A stretch of 64,000 bases of DNA from Pecten maximus (taxonomy: Eukaryota), in contig NC_047019.1 in assembly GCF_902652985.1 (NCBI RefSeq), positions 30,504,001 through 30,568,000 of the forward strand. Reading direction: 5' to 3'. Of this stretch, positions 57,145 to 64,000 are shown one piece after another. Every line of letters begins with the position of its first letter. Positions within the stretch are counted from its first letter, which is position 1. The position numbers and the translations under genes were made by a program. The notes beneath the pieces were generated by a model. It searched no databases, was not told where the DNA came from, and worked only from the letters and a program-made list of their open reading frames with translations.

Positions 57145-57194
57145 ACATCATACAGCTGTTTCATCCCTCTAGGACTCATCAGTGATGTTAGAGA
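57145..57194 (-). ncRNA. Hammerhead ribozyme, array unit 20 (intact core)
   Basis: As unit 5; 5' flank CUCUA is fully complementary to loop II UAGAG. Confidence 0.85.
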
Positions 57195-57286
57195 CGCCAT
57201 ACAGCTGTTTCATCCATTAAGTGTTGCCTAGGGAGTGACAGAGGAAACTGAAATAGGTTGAAAGAAATGTTATTGGGTAAAGAAAA

Positions 57287-57671
57287 GATATTGGGGCCAG
57301 TGAGTGGTAGTTTTAGTATTGGGACCAGTGAGTGGTAGTTGATAGTATTGGGACCAGTGAGTGGTAGTTGATAGTATTGGGACCAGTGAGTGGTAGTTGA
57401 TAGTATTGGGACCAGTGAGTGGTAGTTGATAGTATTGGGACCAGTGAGTGGTAGTTGAGGGCATTGGGACCAGTGAGTGGTAGTTGAGGGCATTGGGACC
57501 AGTGAGTGGTAGTTGAGGGCATTGGAACCAGTGAGTGGTAGTTGAGGGCATTGGGACCAGTGAGTGGTAGTTGAGGGCATTGGGACCAGTGAGTGGTAGT
57601 TGAGGGCATTGGAACCAGTGAGTGGTAGTTGAGGGCATTGGGACCAGTGAGTGGTAGTTGAGGGCATTGGG
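57287..57671. repeat. 29-bp minisatellite, ~13 copies (TGGGACCAGTGAGTGGTAGTTGA[TAGT/GGGC]AT)
   Basis: Visible; two variant blocks. Confidence 0.96.
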
Positions 57672-58053
57672 ATAGCAGACAGATAACAACTGTTAAGCTA
57701 CAATTACAACTTCTGATTGTTTGTGGTCATAGTGAAAATGCAATGCTGCCATTGGGAATCATTAACGATTCATGCAGAACTCCAATCCTACTGTCAGCAA
57801 CTGTTAAGTACACTTCATCAAGTTTGACAAATTTGCTATGGCAGAGAAGTGAAGCATCATGGTGCTTTTTTAGGCTTCGTCTGCTCTTCATTCTGATGGT
57901 GTCCACCATCGGCCAGCTGCCAAATCTCTAAATGGGAATCTGATCTAGACACAACACCAGCCAGCCATAACTATTATGTGGATGAAGATGTTTCGCCATG
58001 CAGTGTCATAAAAAAAGGATGTGATTTGTTTATTTTCTTTTCATCCATGTCAG

Positions 58054-58192
58054 GTATTAGCAGCACAGACCTAATGAGACGAGCAATATTCCTGCGACTT
58101 TCTAAACGGGCATTCGCCTAGTTGGTGCCCTTGTGGGTCAGAGACCTGCGTAAGATTTACAATCTCAGACCCACCGGAGGGGATAAAAACAT
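58054..58192 (+). other. Candidate exon (139 nt), non-coding or stop-containing
   Basis: Pyrimidine tract ending GTCAG (58053); donor AT|GTAAGT (GT at 58193); GC/CpG-richer than flanks; stops in all frames. Confidence 0.4.
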
Positions 58193-58489
58193 GTAAGTAT
58201 GTGTTTAAAACTCAGCATAGGAACCTTCCACTGGGCATATCTGACAGAAAAGCATTGATTTTGTTATCACTGTAGTCCAGTGTATACACTTTACTTTTCT
58301 TCAATTTCACGATTACTGAACAACAAATAATTTACAATTGGAAAAAAACAATAAAGTCAAAGGCTGCAGTTTGGTGGAATTGTAAATCCTCATAGTTGTA
58401 TCAGATAACATTTTTTTTTCTTTTAAGATTTTAAACTCAAATTTACCTGACTGACACAAATGCCTGTCAATGTCACTTATACTTATTGC

Positions 58490-59570
58490 CTTTCAACATC
58501 TCATCACCTCTCAACACCTCTCAACATATCTCTTAATGCCTCTCAACATCCATCAATACCCATCAACCTCACTCATTATCTATCAACATCTCCAAATGTC
58601 CATCAACATCTCACATTACCCATCAACATCTCTCAACGCCCATCAACATCTCTCATTGCCCTGCCCATCAATATCTCTTATTGCCCATCAATGTCTCTCC
58701 TTGCTCATTAACATCATTCATTGTCCATCAACATATCCCATCAACATCCATCATTGCCAATCAACATCTCTCATTGCCCGTCAACATCTCTCATTTACCA
58801 TCAACATCTCTCATTACCCATCAACATCTATCATTGCCCTGCCCATCAATATCTCTCATTGCCCACCAACATCCATTATAGCCAATCAACATCTCTCATT
58901 GCCCTGCCCATAAACATCTCTCATTGCCCATTTATGATTCTCATTTGCCATCAACATCCCTCATTGCCCATCAACATCTCGTATTGTCCATCAACATCTC
59001 CTATTGTCCATCAACATCCCTCATTGCCCATTAACATCTCCCATCAACATCTCCTATTGTCCATCAACATCTCCTATTGTCCATCAACATCTCGTATTGC
59101 CCATCAACATCTCTCATTTACCAACAACATTCTCTCATTGCCCATCAATATGTCTCACTGCCAATCAACATCTCCTATTGTCCATCAACATCCCTCATTG
59201 CCCATCAACATCTCCCATCAACATCTCCTATTGTCCATCAACATCTCCTATTGTCCATCAACATCCCTCATTGCCCATCAACATCTCCCATCAACATCTC
59301 CTATTGTCCATCAACATCTCCTATTGTCCATCAACATCTCCTATTGTCCATCAACATCTCCTATTGTCCATCAACATCTCGTATTGCCCATCAACATCTC
59401 TCATTTACCAACAACATCTCTCATTGCCCATCAACATCTCTTATTTCCCATCAACATCTCTTATTGCCCATCAATATCTCTCACTGCCCATCAACATCTC
59501 TCATTGTCCATCAACATCTCTCATTACCCATCAATATCTCCCATCATCATCCCATATTGCCCATCAACAT
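58490..59570. repeat. Degenerate ~20-bp minisatellite, ~50 copies (CCATCAACATCTCTCATTGC)
   Basis: Visible; most regular at 59170-59400. Confidence 0.95.
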
Positions 59571-60896
59571 CTTTTATTACCCCTTATTACCTCTCACCAT
59601 TTCTCATCACATCTAAACATCTCTTAAATCACTTAACATTTCCCACCAAATCCTGACACATCTTACCATCTCTCAATGTTCCAATCACACATTACAAGTG
59701 TCACCAATATATAACCATGCAGTCCACACATATTCACACATTCCTAGGAGTTCCATTCCATTTTGATATAGCAACGTACAAAGAACACATTGGTTATAGT
59801 GATGTTTGCTGAAAGTTGAATGTAAAAGATTACAGATATGCAAATCATGTGAACATCAAGCAACTGTGAAAGGTAAAGCCTCCATGATATCAAACAACAA
59901 GTAAACTCCATTAGAATCACAGATAAACACTAGCAATTAGTATATTACAGGATATTGCATAATGACTGATAGTTTGTAATGCACTAGCAGCTAGCTAGAT
60001 TTTACTCGGAGAAGCTGACACTCCAATATATTGGTAGGATGTAGTATCTGAGGGTACGGTACATCACCAATAACACAATCTTTTGTGCTGATAAGAGGCT
60101 GAAGAATTAAAACAAATACAGAAATCTTTTTATTCTGGATCTTGTTGGAAGCAAGTGTTCTATGAGTTTAAATCAACACCAAAGTGGCAAAGAAAGTTCA
60201 ACAAAAATAAAATGCTTCTGTGGCTGAATGTCTCATCTCTGCGGGTAATCACTATGGTTTTCTGCAATATTCAATAAGATTTTACAGAAGGGCACATGTG
60301 GTGATGGCCAATCAGCTGATCCATCACATGTCCAATCCATCAATCTACAGTACTGGTGTATGGCCTTAACACACAGCTTTAAGGTCAAACTCATTCTATT
60401 TCGAAAACAATTCTCCTTCTTCTTTTGGCAAGCTCAAATATTTTACTTTTCAACAAGTATTTTTCATATTTTTGTAATTAAACAATATTTAATAATAATA
60501 ATAAAAAAAACATAATCAAGTTGTGCAAAATATCACCCACAGAACTTGGTGAATTTTCTGAGATTCAAGGATACATGAATATTTTTTCCAATTTTAAGGT
60601 TTTAAAATTGATAATACCCGCTGATATTTTTGGTACTGGTAATATAATTCATTCAAAAACATCTCCCAATCATCCAGTCATCATTCCTGATTCAGTTCCT
60701 CTACCACACAATCTGAAGTACTCTCAGGGAAAATCTGAGATGTTCACAAGAGAAAGGATAAAAAAGTACTCATAACATTTTGTGATGATTGACAGTCAAA
60801 GTTACTATCAATACAACAATTTATGTTCTTTTTAATTTGATTGAATAGCCATTATGAGATCATCCACCAGATGGAGAAGAGAGATAAAACTGGCCC

Positions 60897-60935
60897 CTGA
60901 CCAATCTACTGACCAATCTACTGACCAATCTACTG
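60897..60935. repeat. 12-bp x3 repeat (CTGACCAATCTA)
   Basis: Visible. Confidence 0.85.
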
Positions 60936-61110
60936 GCGTAACAAAAGGATTATAAAAGTTTGATCTACCTTAAGTATCCCCTCGGTCTGACCGGACAACG
61001 TCCTGCAGTACCAAAATGGTTACTCCTGTTAGTATGAATTCTGAAAGTAAATGAAAAAACAAAACCTTAGATAAAGAATTGTACAGTCTTATAGTCATAT
61101 GTAGTTACAA

Positions 61111-61576
61111 ATGATGACATAGTAATGGTCTTAACTGTGATTTGTAGAAATTACAGCAATGATGACACTGCTATGGTCTTAACTGTGATTTGTAGAAATT
61201 ACAGCAATGATGACGTAGTTATGGTCTTAACTGTGATTTGTAGAAGTTACAGCAATGATGACACTGCTATGGTCTTAACTGTGATTTGTAGAAATTACAG
61301 CAATGATGACATAGCTATGGTCTTAACTGTGATTTGTAGAAGTTACAGCAATGATGACACTGCTATGGTCTTAACTGTGATTTGTAGAAGCTACAGCAAT
61401 GATGACATAGCTATGGTCTTAACTGTGATTTGTAGAAGTTACAGCAATGATGACATAGCTATGGTCTTAACTGTGATTTGTAGAAGTTACAGCAATGATG
61501 ACACTGCTATGGTCTTAACTGTGATTTGTAGAAGTTACAGCAATGATGACTTAGCTATGGTCTTAACTGTGATTTG
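61111..61576. repeat. 48-bp minisatellite, ~10 copies (ATGATGACATAGCTATGGTCTTAACTGTGATTTGTAGAAGTTACAGCA)
   Basis: Visible; ACTGCT/ATAGCT variants mostly alternate. Confidence 0.97.
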
Positions 61577-64000
61577 AATTTTTGATCCAAACAGCTAAAC
61601 CTACTTGTTATGGAAATGGCTGTATAAAACACAGTGCCAGACATTTAAAAGGAAAGTCATACAGATTCACAGTTAGCATGCATGCACACCAATATAGAAC
61701 AATTAAATTGCAGATTGAAATGTCAACATAGAAATCAACTGATTTGGATTTCTGAAAGAGGAAACTTTCAACAGCAAGCCTGGCTGTTAATCAGTATAAA
61801 CCTCTACCAATCAGGTAGCCATATTGATAGCTTGTGGGAGTATGGAGTAATTGTCACTTTAAAGTCGAATTTTTCACACAAAATGGATGGATGTCATAAA
61901 TAATGTAAATAACATTTTTAGTGATGTTGTTTTGTATTTCCATATCTCTATTATCATTGATAACAATGTGACATAAATAGGTGTTAAACCAATTAACTAG
62001 AAACTTCACCACTTTAAGCCATTATAGGACAGATTACATTTATATACCACAGGACAGTAACAATTAAAAGTTTTAAACAATAAAGTGAAATGAAAAAAAA
62101 AAAAAAAAGCAAAGCATACAAAAAACTTACTTTACCAGCCGATCAGATTACATACATATAATTTTAACTCCTTAAGTAATCACAAGACAGAAAGCTTTCT
62201 AAGCCAATAAAACAGTAGATTATGGGTTACAACCAATCATAGGAATGGTAGTATTGCATTGTCACATTATTTTTATATCCAATCCTACAGCACTGTTTGG
62301 AATGATAGATATAGCACATGTAACCATAGCCACATGATAACACAGAAGATGATGTTGTACAATAATCATAAAGGTTTCAACAAATGATGATTCAGGATAA
62401 TGACAGAGACCACCATAAAAATTAGTTCCACCAATCACATTACAGATAACGTTAGAAAATTTCTGATTTCAACCAATCAAGGGTACAGACAATATGCCAG
62501 AAGATAGATTTGACACACAAACTTCATCTATACTTTACTTTTACGTATGTGTCTGTAAATCAACGGCAAAACCTATTAAACTCAAAACACTACGATGTAG
62601 ATATCTCATACAATTTACCATTTAAGTAATATTTCAGCTCTATTTTGAAATAAACCATGAATTCCAATACTAGGGTTCTCGTAGAATCATGTTCTATAAA
62701 GTAGACATTAGAAGCGGTAGAAAACATCTTGTTTTATCTTAAAGCAATTCCCAGTCACATTCTTGAAAGTATATGTAGAACCCTGTATACATTATAGACA
62801 TGTGTGAATATTGATGTTTAATTAGCAAAACAAATCCCTCCCCCCAAAAAAAATCACTCTTTCTGAAAAGCGAGAAGAAAATGTGTCTGATTTTTTATAG
62901 AATTCATTCCAATTCGTCTATAAACTAATTTGTCAATCAAATTGGAGAAGCAATCAAGATGATTACAATTTCCCCGAAATCTAAGGTTTTTAATCCAAAA
63001 TACAGCTAATCTGTAGGGTTTGTTGGAGATATCCACAATACAATGTGTATACCAGGTTTGGTTGAAATGATATTGATATGTTTAGAGAAACTGAGCTGAA
63101 CAGGAAACTTTTAATTGCCAATAGATATTTTTTGCTCTAACATATCAAAATCGTCAAAAATTTTTTTGAAATAATTAAATTTTATCTTTGTTAGTTTAAG
63201 TGAAATTTTATTAAATCCAAACAGATGAATGTAAATATAGACTGTGCCATGATGTAACAATAACATTCAATTGAGAAGTTGCTTCATGCTAATTTTGTCC
63301 AAATATTGAAAATAAGCCATCATCAATGACAAAGTTACCTTTTTCCATCACCACAATTACTTAAAACAATATCTTCAATGTGTTTTGTCAACATCTATTA
63401 ATACTTATTAGATTTATTTACCAATAAAGAAAAATCTTGATGGCTGCATGGTCCAAGAAAACTTCAAGTTATTTCAATTTTCAGAGAAACAAAATTTGTA
63501 TTCAGTAGTTCATATCAACATTTTTTGACCTGAGAAGCAATCCTAAAATTATTGAATTTCTACAATATATAAAGGCGTTTCGTCCTTTTTTGGATAATTT
63601 CTCTCGGTTTAAAGGAATTTCCACATAAACCAAATACCAGACAGCAGACATAACGATCTACTTATGGCAGCAAAACAAACAGAGAGAAAAACAAATACCT
63701 CGAACCTTATACCTCTCTGTATACCAAATACAAAGAAATCCTCTTAGGTGAACAAAATACCTCCTTGTATCACTAACCGTCCTCATACAGCATGTTCCAT
63801 CTTCCTCGTGAAAGTCAAAATTGGCTGGTATAAGATAAATTAGGTCAAAAATGCCTCAATGTATCCAAGGCTACAGGAATGATCGGTTTTGTATAAATCC
63901 CATGATATACAGATGACCTTCCAGTAGTGGGACAAGGATACATCCAATTCAGTCAAATTTCTTTTCAAAATCACATAAGCCAATAGGACATCTCAACTGA

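Larger units (their letters stand above)
56215..57215 (-). repeat. 49-bp satellite (20 full units + partial); each unit is a hammerhead ribozyme motif on the minus strand
   Basis: + unit CATCATACAGCTGTTTCATCCCTCTAGGACTCATCAGTGATGTTAGGGA; minus reads ACAUCA-CUGAUGA-GUCC-UAGAG-GGAU-GAAAC-AGCU-GU-A-UGAUGU. Confidence 0.95.

Noticed and set aside
57727-57931. Short overlapping ORFs of ~60 aa
   Set aside because: Length within chance expectation and no recognisable motif.
61111-61576. Box C (ATGATGA) in each 48-bp unit suggesting a snoRNA array; 150-aa ORF
   Set aside because: No box D (CTGA) in the unit; the ORF is repeat-derived.

Overview
Eukaryotic, AT-rich and essentially non-coding DNA (large intron or intergenic). 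By inference from repeat style it is a bivalve mollusc, possibly a scallop. About half of the window (~31 kb by my rough sum) is 20+ unrelated minisatellite arrays with 20-70 bp units; all ORFs >140 aa in the supplied track are artefacts of these. Interspersed elements: a complete non-autonomous Helentron/HINE (19217-20056), a TTAA-type Kolobok/T2-like MITE (48303-49207) and a tRNA-derived SINE-like relic. No protein-coding gene can be called confidently; a few candidate exons are listed. Main finding: the 49-bp satellite at 56215-57215 is, on the minus strand, a head-to-tail array of hammerhead ribozyme motifs in which each unit is exactly one ribozyme with no spacer (20 units, 5 with an intact CUGAUGA...GAAAC core). 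A second, Penelope-type minimal hammerhead (2143-2181, minus) lies in the loop of a 75-bp inverted repeat, beside a relic sharing the array's stem II. All structures were folded by eye; copy numbers are approximate; activity and transcription are untested.
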